A stretch of 35,003 bases of DNA from an uncultured Candidatus Peribacteria bacterium (GCA_964510755.1 CAZECU010000001.1:1-35003), one strand, 5' to 3'. Counted from the first letter of the stretch, positions 17,992 to 28,200 are shown. Made by a program: numbers and translations. Notes: generated from the sequence alone by a model not told the origin.

Positions 17992-18213
17992 ATGCAAACA
18001 TTCTACAACAAAGCCGGAGAAGAGATCCAAAGAACTCCATGTCAAGTATTCACACGCGTGATGTGATATCTCAGACCTGTAAACAACTTCCACATTGGAA
18101 AAAAATCAGAATTTTATAGTAGAAAATATTTCGACGAAGGGAAAACTGCGAACTCAGCATTTGTAAGACATTTTGCACCAGAATTTGTCGCTTGTGGATG
18201 CGGACACAACTAA
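17992..18213 (+). CDS. nrdD: Stand-alone NrdD C-terminal glycyl-radical domain (73 aa)
   Basis: MQTFYNKAGEEIQRTPCQVFTRVMGYLRPVNNFHIGKKSEFYSRKYFDE.. matches the class III RNR C-terminus (sRvxGYyRPvxxwNxGKxxEfxxRkxF). The radical Gly is TGA 18064-18066, which is why the standard ORF track missed this ORF. It is in a different frame from the main nrdD body. Confidence 0.8.
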
Positions 18214-18236
18214 TTTCATTTTAGTTATCACACATC

Positions 18237-18689
18237 ATGAATATGAGCGAAAACAACAACGTTTGAGTAGGTTTCTGAGTTATGATCCTCAGAGACGGAA
18301 AGGTGCTCCTCGGCCAAAGACATATAGATCCAGCCAAAGCTGATTCAGAACTTCATGGCGAATGAACACGGACAATGCCCGGTGGAAAAATGCAATTTCA
18401 CGAAAGTTTTGAAGACTCATGCTATCGTGAGACACTCGAAGAGACATGATTACATATCGACAAAAATACCATAAAAATCATCAGTATCACCAATGATATG
18501 GTGCCAGACAAACATTTTGTAACTATAGGATTTTTGTCACAAGATGTACAGGGAGAACCTCAAGTTATGGAACCCGATGAAATCACCCAACGAAAACGAT
18601 TTGATGTACACGACTTACCACAACCATTGTTTTTTCCTAGTGCCAAAGTCATCAAAAACTATCTAGACTGAACTATCTATCAACATTAA
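18237..18689 (+). CDS. Nudix hydrolase (150 aa)
   Basis: Nudix box GGKMQFHESFEDSCYRETLEETGL (Gx5Ex7REUxEExGU), with the last G encoded by TGA 18447-18449. Five in-frame TGA codons, so it is absent from the ORF track. Confidence 0.88.
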
Positions 18690-18779
18690 CATATATAAGT
18701 AAAGTTACATCACAAACATCTTTTTTTATCACGCTGTTTGCAAGACTTTACTTTTTATTTACTGTGAAAAATTGAACAT

Positions 18780-19463
18780 ATGAACAAAGATATGTTTAAT
18801 AATAAATATCGTATAAAGTCTATCAGACTTCCTTATTGGGATTACCATAATGTTTGATATTATTTTGTCACTATTTGTACAAAAGATAGACAACACTATC
18901 TTGGCAATATAGAAAATGGTGAAATGCTTCTTTCTGACATAGGTAAAATAGCCCATCAATATCGATTGGATATTCCCAAACATTTCCCTCATGTATCGTT
19001 GGATGCATTTGTAATTATGCCTAATCACCTGCATTGAATTATATCAATTAATGAAAAAATATCTGAAAATAAAATAAATAAAAATATAATCGGGAATGCG
19101 GTAGAGACGCAAAATATTGCGTCTCCTAAAATAAATGAAATTAAAAATATTGTATTTCCTAAAATAAATAAAATTAAACAATATGGGGATGATTTTAAAG
19201 AGACGCATAATCATGCGCCTCTACCAGCAACAACCAACAATAAAAACCCAAACATATTTTGACCTCAAATAAAAAATTTATGATCGATTATTCGTGGCTT
19301 TAAATCTGCTGTTACAACCTATGCAAAAATACATACTATCGAATTTGCTCGACAACCATGATATTATGAAAATATTATTCGTACTATAGATGCTCATAAA
19401 AAAATCTCCGAATATATCGAAAACAATCCGAAACAATGGAATAATGATAAACATTATATATAA
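18780..19463 (+). CDS. IS200/IS605-type Y1 (HUH) transposase, REP-associated tyrosine transposase (RAYT)-like (227 aa)
   Basis: YRIKSIRLPYWDYHNVGYYFVTICTK, the HUH motif VIMPNHLHGII, FGPQIKNLGSIIRGFKSAVT, RQPGYYENIIR and YIENNPKQW (COG1943-type). Five in-frame TGA-Gly codons. The central region carries two GC-rich palindromes (19104-19125 and 19199-19222). Confidence 0.85.
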
Positions 19464-19499
19464 AGATCTTTCATTTATCTTGTTATAACATAATTAGCC

Positions 19500-20210
19500 G
19501 TGAAAATTGCGTGAATACAACAATCAACTATGATAGATTACCCAGGCAAAATAGCTTGTGTAGTTTTTACACAATGATGCAATTTTCGTTGTCATTTTTG
19601 TCACAATCCCGAATGTGTGTTGCCAGAAAAAATGCAATTATTTCAAAATGATCTCATCCCAGAAGAAGCATTTTTCAATTTCCTCAAAGCGAGAAAATGA
19701 CTCTTGGACGGCGTTAGTATTTGCTGAGGAGAACCAACTTTGTGGCCTGATCTGTATGACTTTGCCAAGAAGATCAAACAGATGTGATTTCTAGTCAAGT
19801 TGGATACCAATGGGAGAGACTATCAAATCGTCCAAAGAATGATCCAGGATGGTATTTTGGATTATGTAGCAGTAGATCTCAAACATTCTCTCCATCGTTA
19901 TGAGGAAGCTATTGGCGTCCATCAAGAGCCAGAATTTTATAATAGTTTCCAAAAATTGTTGCAGATTTTGCTGGAGAGTAAGATAGATTTTGAATATAGG
20001 ACTACCGTTGCCAAATGACTTCATACTGCGGATGATATAGAAAATATGGCGGTCTATATCAGAGGAGCCAAACATTATTATCTTCAGAATTATATCGGAG
20101 GAAATACTCTTGACCCTGATTTTTGAGGTACCCCTTTTGATGATGAAGAGCTATGAGAATTTAAAAAAATAGCTGAACGTTATGTCCAGCATTGTGAGAT
20201 AAGAAAATAG
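19500..20210 (+). CDS. nrdG: Anaerobic ribonucleotide reductase activating protein (radical SAM, 236 aa)
   Basis: GTG start gives MKIAGIQQSTMIDYPGKIACVVFTQGCNFRCHFCHN (CxxxCxxC) and ICGGEPTL. Eight in-frame TGA-Gly codons. The track shows only 19800-20018. Confidence 0.9.
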
Positions 20211-20312
20211 TGAAAAAACTAAAAACGAAAGACTTGTCTTCATACAACCCATTATACTATTACAATAGTCCCTTGTAACAAAGTCCTACACTTTTCACTC
20301 TTCACTTTTCAT
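20208..20312 (+). repeat. Intergenic repeat family 1, copy D
   Basis: Core at 20231-20291: GACTTGTCTTCATACAACCCATTATACTATTACAATAGTCCCTTGTAACAAAGTCCTACAC, followed by TTTTCACTCTTCACTTTTC. Begins at the nrdG stop codon. Confidence 0.7.
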
Positions 20313-20441
20313 TTATCCTCGAATGAGGGCTTTTCACTCTTTGTGGAAATGTTTTATACAATCTTTGTAGCCTTGTTCATAGGCTTTTTTTGAAAATCAT
20401 TTTATGCTTGACAAATCAAACAAAATGTGTATAATACCGAT
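20313..20441 (-). pseudogene. Relic of the 3' end of a second patatin-like gene (about 43 codons)
   Basis: The minus-strand translation ..IIHILFDLSSIKGFSKKAYEQGYKDCIKHFHKEGKALIRG* aligns with the C-terminus of the intact patatin gene (..DIILKILDTNKKNIQKTYDQGYQDCMKHFK*). The DNA also aligns (GAAATGTTT[CT]ATACAATCTT..). The frame is closed upstream at 20454. Confidence 0.5.
20408..20435 (+). promoter_or_regulatory. Sigma-70-type promoter (TTGACA-N16-TATAAT) for gene 20475-21218
   Basis: Both hexamers are exact consensus matches (20408-20413 and 20430-20435), about 40 nt upstream of ATG 20475. Confidence 0.55.
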
Positions 20442-20474
20442 ATAATTATTTTTTTATTGTTTAACTTTATCACC

Positions 20475-21218
20475 ATGGACCAATCAATCAATCACATTGA
20501 GCAAAAGGATGAAATCATAGCAGACACAGGTAATCCTCCTTCTCAAGACAAGGAACTTTTTGCTAATTTATCTGAAGACCAAATTGTTATAGATGATTAT
20601 AAAACACCAAAAAGATGGACGAAGAAAAAAGGTGATAAGAGTTTTATAGAAAAAAATAAGGATTTATTTGATACCAACAATATAAAACATGCAAACTTGC
20701 TAGTAAATCAACTCAGAAATGGGAAAATAGAAAAAAAATATTTAGATATATCCACACAAAGAGATATTATTGAATTTGAAGATGGAACTAAACTAGCATC
20801 TTTTAATCTAAAAAATTATAGGGATTGGATTATCACAAAAACCAATAAAAATACTGATAATGAATGATCTCTGGATGTCCTTTGGACAGATAGTCATTTT
20901 TGCAATCCTTTTGTGGATAAAAAATATTGGCAGGATCTTCTTGCATTAGAACATGCATCTATGGAAGATGGACAACCTACAAATCATGTTAATCGTTGAA
21001 TTAAATTTATCGATGGTGAAGAGTTAGATTTTTCAACAGATCCTGTACTAATTACTTGATTACAAGAAAATAGTTGGGAAGAAGCATTAATGTATATTAA
21101 AAAAAAGGGTGGAGATAGTGGTGTTATTGTTGAATGATCTTTTCATCGACGCGGACGTTTTCAATTAATTTCAGAAGAAAAAGTTCCCGTAAAAGATTTC
21201 CTTATTAGAGAAAACTAA
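20475..21218 (+). CDS. Hypothetical protein (247 aa), no recognisable domain
   Basis: I trimmed ORF 20427-20867 to ATG 20475 (MDQSINH..) and extended it through 4 in-frame TGA codons to TAA 21216-21218. It has its own promoter and terminator. Confidence 0.7.
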
Positions 21219-21226
21219 AAACTTAT

Positions 21227-21260
21227 ATAAAAATCTGTGCCAAAACACAGATTTTTTTTT
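21227..21260. terminator. Bidirectional terminator between convergent genes
   Basis: AAATCTGTG-CCAAAA-CACAGATTT hairpin flanked by an A-run on the left and T9 on the right. Confidence 0.65.
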
Positions 21261-21284
21261 ACTTTCTATCTACATTTTTCACTA

Positions 21285-22070
21285 TTACTTGAAATGTTTC
21301 ATACAATCTTGATATCCTTGGTCGTAAGTCTTTTGGATATTTTTTTTGTTGGTATCTAGTATCTTGAGGATAATATCTGGATAAAACACATGATCAATTA
21401 ATGGTAGACTATGTACCATATCATGCCTCAATAAAATTTCAAATGACACAGATAAAATATCTACTATGGTTTTGATTGGCTGATTTTCTTTGAACTTGTT
21501 GAGTGATATACCTATGAGTTCTTGTTTCGGATACGCTTTTTTGGCTAGAGATACGGGAAAGTTGTTGGATGTCCCTCCATCAATATACATATGATTTTTA
21601 TATTCTATAGGAGGAAATACTCCCGGTATTGCAATACTACCCAACAAAATAGGGACTAGTTCTCCTTTGTCAAACAACACAAATTTTGCTGTATGAATAT
21701 CTGTTGCGCCAATATATACTTTTTTGGGGAGATCTGAAATATATTGTGGCAAATCCTTGGTAAAACGCTGTTGTAATGTCGTATTTTTGAGTAAACTCTT
21801 TTTGGAAAAAATATTGAGTGCTGTAATATTAAAGAGCTTTTTGGTATTCATAAATTCTTGAAAGATTTGATCTGCACTATATCCAGCTGCCCGATAACTT
21901 GCTATAATCGCCCCCACACTTACTCCATATATTGATGCAATCTTATCTTTGTATCCTAACTGTTCCAATCATTTGAGTACCCCCAATGCATAAAATCACC
22001 TTGTTCCTCCTCATGAGATAACGAGCGTATATTTTTTGCTTTTTTTTGTGATGAAGGAAAATAGTTTCAT
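21285..22070 (-). CDS. Patatin-like phospholipase (261 aa)
   Basis: ORF 21285-21968 extends upstream through 3 TGA codons to ATG 22070. Oxyanion motif ISGGGTRG (TGA at 22011-22013 and 21996-21998), nucleophile elbow GVSVG, and a DGG catalytic Asp motif. Confidence 0.9.
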
Positions 22071-22150
22071 ACAACCTGATTGAAAATCTAAAACAAGATT
22101 ACTATAAGAATCGAGAACGAAGCGCAACGGAGTCCGGCTTTAGCAGGATT

Positions 22151-22295
22151 GAGAATGAAAGACTAAACATTAGTGAAAAGTGAATAATGAATAATGAAAG
22201 ACTTGTCTTCTTACAACCTATCGTCATATTACCATAGTTCATACATACAAAACCATCATTCAAAATTCAACATTAGTTTAAAAGTTCATTCTTCA
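22151..22295 (+). repeat. Intergenic repeat family 1, copy E
   Basis: Core at 22200-22261: GACTTGTCTTCTTACAACCTATCGTCATATTACCATAGTTCATACATACAAAACCATCATTC, closest to copy A. Left arm GTGAAAAGTGAATAATGAATAATGAAA, right arm ..GTTCATTCTTCAC. Confidence 0.65.
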
Positions 22296-22859
22296 CTAAG
22301 TAATCAGTTCTGCTCGATCTCCTGGCTTCACTCCTGCTGCATTTACTTCTTCGATATCGATATGAAAGTCGAGCGCGTAGTCGTCTTTGGCTCTGACTGC
22401 TACATTTTCAAAAATAATTCCTCTGATTCCTCCGACACGCATCTTAACAATATCTCAGTTTTTGATACCCATCTCTTGTGCTTCTTTGACAGTACAATGC
22501 AAATGTCTTTGTGCAACCATAGCATATGGCCCATAGAGCTCTCAGAGGGTTCCTATAATTTTTATATATGCTAAGGACTTACTATCACCTGAAATTTTTA
22601 TTGTTGCATCAGTTCATAAGACAAAATTATCTCCTACCATTAGTTCGACCTGTGTGGTTTTTCTGCTAGGACCTACCACTCTCACTCATGCAATACTTCA
22701 TTTTGCTCAGACTAAGGTCACCGTTTCTTGCGCAGCAAACTCTCCTGGTTGAGAGAGTTGTTTGAGTGATTGTAACTCGTATCCTTTGCCAAATAATGTC
22801 TCTATATCTTTGTGAGAGAGATGAACATGTCTATTGGAAATACCTATAGGAATCCTCAT
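22296..22859 (-). CDS. pduL: Phosphate acyltransferase PduL family (187 aa)
   Basis: MRIPIGISNRHVHLSHKDIETLFGKGYELQSLKQLSQPGEFAAQETVTLVG.. and a second repeat ..AQRHLHCTVKEAQEMGIKNGDIV..HIDIEEVNAAGV. Several in-frame TGA codons. ATG 22859 is preferred over 22892. Confidence 0.85.
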
Positions 22860-22901
22860 ATTGACTACTACTAACAAGTAAAAATAGCTCATGTTTTCTG
22901 A

Positions 22902-23459
22902 TTAGATATTGTATGTTTTCACTGCTTGTTCTATTTGTTGATGGAGCTCGTCCAGGGTACCATTGTTGGTAAATACATGATCCGCCATCTCCATACATTT
23001 GGCAAGATTTTGTTTGGTAGGATCCGTATTGTTCATCTCTCTTTGTTCGTTTGCTACAAATTCTTCATAGGAGATTTTGTCGGTCTCACTTCCTCTGACG
23101 ACAACTCTTTCATATCTAATTTTGGGATCTGCATCGATGGCAAAAAACAAAAAATCTTCTTTGGTCTTGAGTTTTTCTACTTCACCAACTGCTCTCAGAC
23201 TTTCTATAATAGAATTTCTGGTACTTACTACAGCTTCTTGATAGAGTTGTTCGATAATATATGCAGGTCCATAGGTAGCACGCAAATCATTGGCGACTAT
23301 CACCATACTATCTCTATTTACGGGCATCCCTCTTTTTTCTATCTCTTTGATTAAATAAGCCCTCACGGACAAATGTTGGAAATCTTTGTGCTGTACAAGA
23401 TAATCGACAATAGTGCCTTTGCCTGCACCAAGTGTTCCGGTGATTCATATAACCTTCAT
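22902..23459 (-). CDS. P-loop nucleotide kinase (dephospho-CoA kinase / dNMP kinase-like, 185 aa)
   Basis: ORF 22902-23372 extends through one TGA to ATG 23459: MKVIGITGTLGAGKGT.. (Walker A). The specific substrate is not assignable from the sequence. Confidence 0.7.
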
Positions 23460-23599
23460 AGGGAATAGATAAATAGATAAATGCTGTTGTACAATATATA
23501 CATATTTGTTGCAAAGAGTAAACCCTTTTTGTATTTGAAAAACCTTCTATAGTGTGTATACTCTTTGGTGTACTATTTTTTAGCCTTTATGTTTCTTGT

Positions 23600-24493
23600 A
23601 TGCGAGAACAACTAAAATCTTACTATGCCGACAAAAAAATCTTTCGAAGAATTATTTTGATAACTGTTTTTGTCCTGATTATCATCTTTCAAGTAAGTGG
23701 CGGTAAAAAGTGACTTCATCTCTCTCTCAATCACAACATATCTTTTGCTGGAGAGACTATGCCAGATAGCGGAAAATATATTTTAAATACAGAGAGATTT
23801 GATAGAGAATTTGCTTTGACGCAAATCAATGAAGCACAATTTAGGATGATATACAAAAGATGGAATCTGATTATACCAAAGATTGAAATAGCACTCAAAA
23901 ATGCAGGACTTCCTGATGATCTTAAGTATATCCCTATCGTAGAAAGTGCATTGAGAGATAATGTCAGCAGTGCTGCTGGTGCAGCGTGAATCTGGCAATT
24001 GATGCCCGGTACTGCCAAACATTATGGATTATTGATCAATGAATATGTCGATGAAAGATTTGATAGTGAAAAATCTACGACGGCTGCGATCTTATATCTC
24101 CAAGACTTAGGCAAACAATTTGCTCAATGGACCTTGGTAGCTGCAGCATACAATAGAGGAGAAAATGGACTACAAAAAAGTTTGAACTCACAATACAGCA
24201 ACAACTATTATGACCTATGGCTCAACAATGAAACTTCTAGATATGTCTTTAGAATCCTTGCAATGAAATATCTCTGGGAACAAAGAGAACAGTATTTTGA
24301 TAGCGATACATTAGGAGACCAATATCTTCCTTTTGCTACCAAAACTATCAATGTAAAACAAATTACCGATCTCGCTGAACGAGCCAGACAACACAATATG
24401 AGTTATTATGCTGTCAAAAAATTGAATCCATGGATCTTGAAAAATTCACTCCCAGAAGGTAAGTGGAACATTCAAGTCTTTCAGGATGCCTAG
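23600..24493 (+). CDS. Membrane-anchored lytic transglycosylase (SLT domain, 297 aa)
   Basis: ATG 23600 with an N-terminal TM helix (IFRRIILITVFVLIIIF). ORFs 23759-23989 and 23999-24493 are in one frame. Motifs: IPIVESAL (catalytic Glu), AAGIWQLMPGTA (G is TGA) and AAYNRG. Confidence 0.85.
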
Positions 24494-24504
24494 CCTATTT
24501 TATA

Positions 24505-24597
24505 TAAAATAAGACGCCGAAAATCTCAAAAAAGAGATTTTAACGTCGTTTTTATCCAGCATAGCTGAATAGGAATTATTTTGAAATTCCTATGTGA
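24505..24597. repeat. Structured ~93-nt repeat, family 2, copy 1
   Basis: About 93% identical (by eye) to 34155-34248. Contains a long imperfect hairpin (GACGCCGAAAATCTC / GAGATTTTAACGTC) and a perfect 9-bp hairpin (ATAGGAATT / AATTCCTAT). Confidence 0.6.
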
Positions 24598-24606
24598 CTA
24601 GTATAA

Positions 24607-24640
24607 CAAAAACAGTAGACGCTATCGCTACTGTTTTTTT
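24607..24640. terminator. Bidirectional terminator between the SLT gene and efp
   Basis: AAAAACAGTAG-ACGCTATCG-CTACTGTTTTT, a stem flanked by A and T runs between convergent genes. Confidence 0.65.
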
Positions 24641-24663
24641 GATGGTGAAATAGATATTTACAA

Positions 24664-25215
24664 TTAGTTTGTTTCTCCTGTAAGCGTATTGAGTGTAACC
24701 GTATCACCTTCGTTTTTGTGTAATGGTATCATAATTTCCAATCCTGTTTCTATCGTTGCAGGTTTTTTGCCCGCTTGTGCTCTATCTCCTTTGACTCCAG
24801 GAACGGTAGAGACAATTTTGTATGCCACCGTTGGTGGTAAAATCACGCTGATCACATTCCCCTTGTAGACCATCACAAAACAATCCATGTTTTCTTTGAG
24901 ATATCCATCGATATCATCGACCATATCTTTGTTGAGATCGTGCATCTCTCCTGTGTCATTTTCCATGAAGGTATAACTATCACCTGCTTTGTACAAAAAT
25001 ACAGCGTTTTTGGTTATCACATCTCCCTTTTCCAATACGGTCCCTGATTTGTAGGTCAAGCTTTGTACGCCTCCTGTGATAAGGTTTTTGAGTTTAAAGG
25101 TGTAAGTTCATTGTCTTTGTTGCATCTGCATAAAGGCAAAATCAATAACCTTAAACAACTGACCATCAATTTCTACAATGGTGTTTTTTTTGATTTCTGA
25201 TACATCCAACTTCAT
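24664..25215 (-). CDS. efp: Translation elongation factor P (183 aa)
   Basis: ORF 24664-25059 extends through one TGA to ATG 25215. EF-P-like throughout (MKLDVSEIKKNTIVEIDGQLFKVIDF.., ..VPGVKGDRAQAGKKPATIETG..). Confidence 0.92.
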
Positions 25216-25285
25216 TCTATTCTCATTAAAAATTTAAAATACTCTCTAGAAAGATCTGGAGTAATATACCTTAGATCTTCTCTTA

Positions 25286-28200
25286 TTATTTGATTTCAAA
25301 AACAATAAGCTGACTTCCTCCACCCAAACTTTGCCCCATAATATTGCTAAGGAATTCTTGATATTGTGCTTGATTGGAATTGTACAAATTTACTATACCA
25401 AGATATTGAGTGAGAATCAATCTTTCATCTTGTGATAAGGTCGCGATACTCGCACTTATTTCCTCAGACGCTCATTGATTGATAAGTTTTTGAGCTATAT
25501 TGATGAGCGTAGTTGTGTTTATAGTCTTACCATATACATCTGCGATATCACTCATTATTTGTCCATTGGTTACTCTACTGGTAAATATCTCTCCGATAAA
25601 ATTGACCAATGTCTGAGCATCATCAAAGAATCTTGCTACGGACAACTTTGCTCTCAAAAACACAAGATCATCTTCGGACATTTCTCCAAATTTGGCTTTG
25701 AGCGTTGCATCATCTATACTAAAAGCATATTTGGCTCCTAGATTGTTGGTAGAAAACAAGGTAATATATCCTGCTTTCCATAGCTTGACTAAATGACTAA
25801 TTGCACCATCATCTTCTATCTTGCCAGATACTCCATCTCTTTTTGCAAAAAACCTATTGAAGAGTGTTTCGTTTCCTTCTCCCATCACCACAGTTCCTAT
25901 ATTGGGATCGATGACGAGATATTTGAGGTTTTGATTTCTTAATCTGTGGTAAGATTTGCACATATCGCCATCACTATTTTGCTCTCGGAATCGATTGAGC
26001 ATACCATCCATTTTGAGGTTACGCTGATTGTCTAAGAAATATTGTATATAGGTTCCTGCAATCAATACGCCATCTGTATCAGCTCTCTCTTTTACATGGT
26101 CGATAAATACATTGTAATGAGGGAATTGTAAATCAAAAACATCTTTCCATCCATAACCAGCTTTGACTACTGTTTTTTGTTCAAGATTTTCGGTAATCTC
26201 AGTACTACTACCATTACTCATTTTGTATCGAAGGAATGGTCCTCCAGCTCCTTGAGAAGATATTCTTATAAAGTTGAGGAGAAACTGAATACTACCTCGG
26301 ATAACTAATAAGAAGATCAAAATATATACCATAATACTTTCTTTTTCATCCGTAGAGCGGGTATAGATATCTTTGAGAATCAATGCTACTGCTATAATAG
26401 TCCAGACAATAAGTCCCATACCATACCACACAATACCACCACCAATGATCCACCAAATAGCTCGTCCAATAATTGCTGCTCAGGACAAGGTAGCGAGACT
26501 AGTATCTTGTTTGTTACGTTTTGTGGTAAATAAGGTATAGACAAATCCTATCACTAACAATGCTAAGATAAACAATCGTACGAAACCTATATCGGTATAA
26601 TAACTACTTAAATTTTGTAATGATCGATTGAACACAACATTGAAAGGAACAAGGTATCTATAAGGTATATGGATAATTCCTTGCTCTGTATAGACCGTAT
26701 GTACTTGATAATATTGTTGGATTGCAAGGATTTGATCTCTATACTGTGCAGGATTGACTACTGTGGTTTCACTTCCTGTTTTTTGATATGCTGCAAGTGC
26801 TCAACTAATTAGATCATATGCTTGTGTTGCTGGCTGGAGCTTGGTCAACAATGAATTGAGTGTCAATATATTGAAGTTGGCGATAGCTTGTGCGTTATCA
26901 CACAACAGTTTTGCTTGTGCATGGATACCGTAACATACATTATTTTTGGGATAGAATATCTTGAGTAATCTATATCACAAGCTGAGTCCATCACCTTTGC
27001 TAATATCCTTTCGTCCGTATCCTACATATCTTCCTACATCTTCATTGCTAGATATGGCTGGTCTTATGTTTGCTTGTAAATCTTCTGGAGTAAATGTTGT
27101 TTGTTTACATTGTGCGACAGACTGTGTATTGGATGTCGTTGCAATCATTGTTTGATCTATGGTATTTTGCTCTTGTAAGGTTGCAATATCTGCTGTCGTT
27201 GCCAAGAGTTTTTTTGGGGTGTCTTTGTTAACTAATAATATATTTTTGATCAAATTTCCAGGACTAAAAGTATCACTCTTGATTTGTTGTATCAAAATAT
27301 TTGGTCATTTGAATACCAACAACATAGCTACCAATGTCGCTCATCGTATACAAATATACGTAAACAATCTTTTTTTGTCTGATCTAACAGTCTTGTTTGT
27401 GCGCGTTTGTATAATCATTTTGATGATACCAATCATCACGACAATTGCACCAAATAGTACTATATACATACCTACGGTAGGCGTCATCATATCAGGAGCA
27501 TTGGCAATTTTTAAAACTCACATCATACCTATTGCTATGAGTCCTGTACCCAAAGCAACTATACTCTCTATCCACAGTCCTAAGAGTAATAATCCAAACA
27601 ATGCAATATCGATAAATGCTGTTGGTTTGGACATAAGTGCCCATGCAAACATTACTCATGAGATGATAATATACTTGAGTGAATCTCGATGAAGTTTGAG
27701 TCCTTTCTGTGAATTGTCTGAGATATATTTTAAGAAAATAAATCCTGATAAAATAGCAAGTATCGTAAGTGCCATGACTCCAAGATCTGTTTTGTTGTCT
27801 ACAAACACCAAAAATGCACCCATTCCACTCGTTAACCAAAAGAGCAACATCATCCATCCACTATAGACGCCAAGTGTTGTTGTTGTGTCTTGCTCATCTT
27901 GTGTTGGAGCAAAATACGTAATTGCTTCTTTGATGAGTCCTGTACCAAAAATGAGGACGAATATTCCACTAAGGAAGTTCATCGCTACCGCAATAGTATC
28001 AGGAGACAACCAAAATCGGCTTTTGATAGGTTGGATAAGAGCAAAAAAGAAAGTAATAAACATATGCCACAATCCTGGTGCATTGTCTGCTACTCCTATG
28101 TTTCCTCGAAGTACTCCATGATTTTCTGCAAGTATTTTTGGGATATACATATATGCATGGTTTGCATCCCAAGCAGTTGAATAAGGGATAAATGCCAATT

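Noticed and set aside
27159-27692. Plus-strand ORF of 177 aa (and others at 27885-28180, 29002-29378, 29506-29952 and 32426-32887)
   Set aside because: All are antisense shadows of the long minus-strand genes (the 1214-aa protein, secD and argS).
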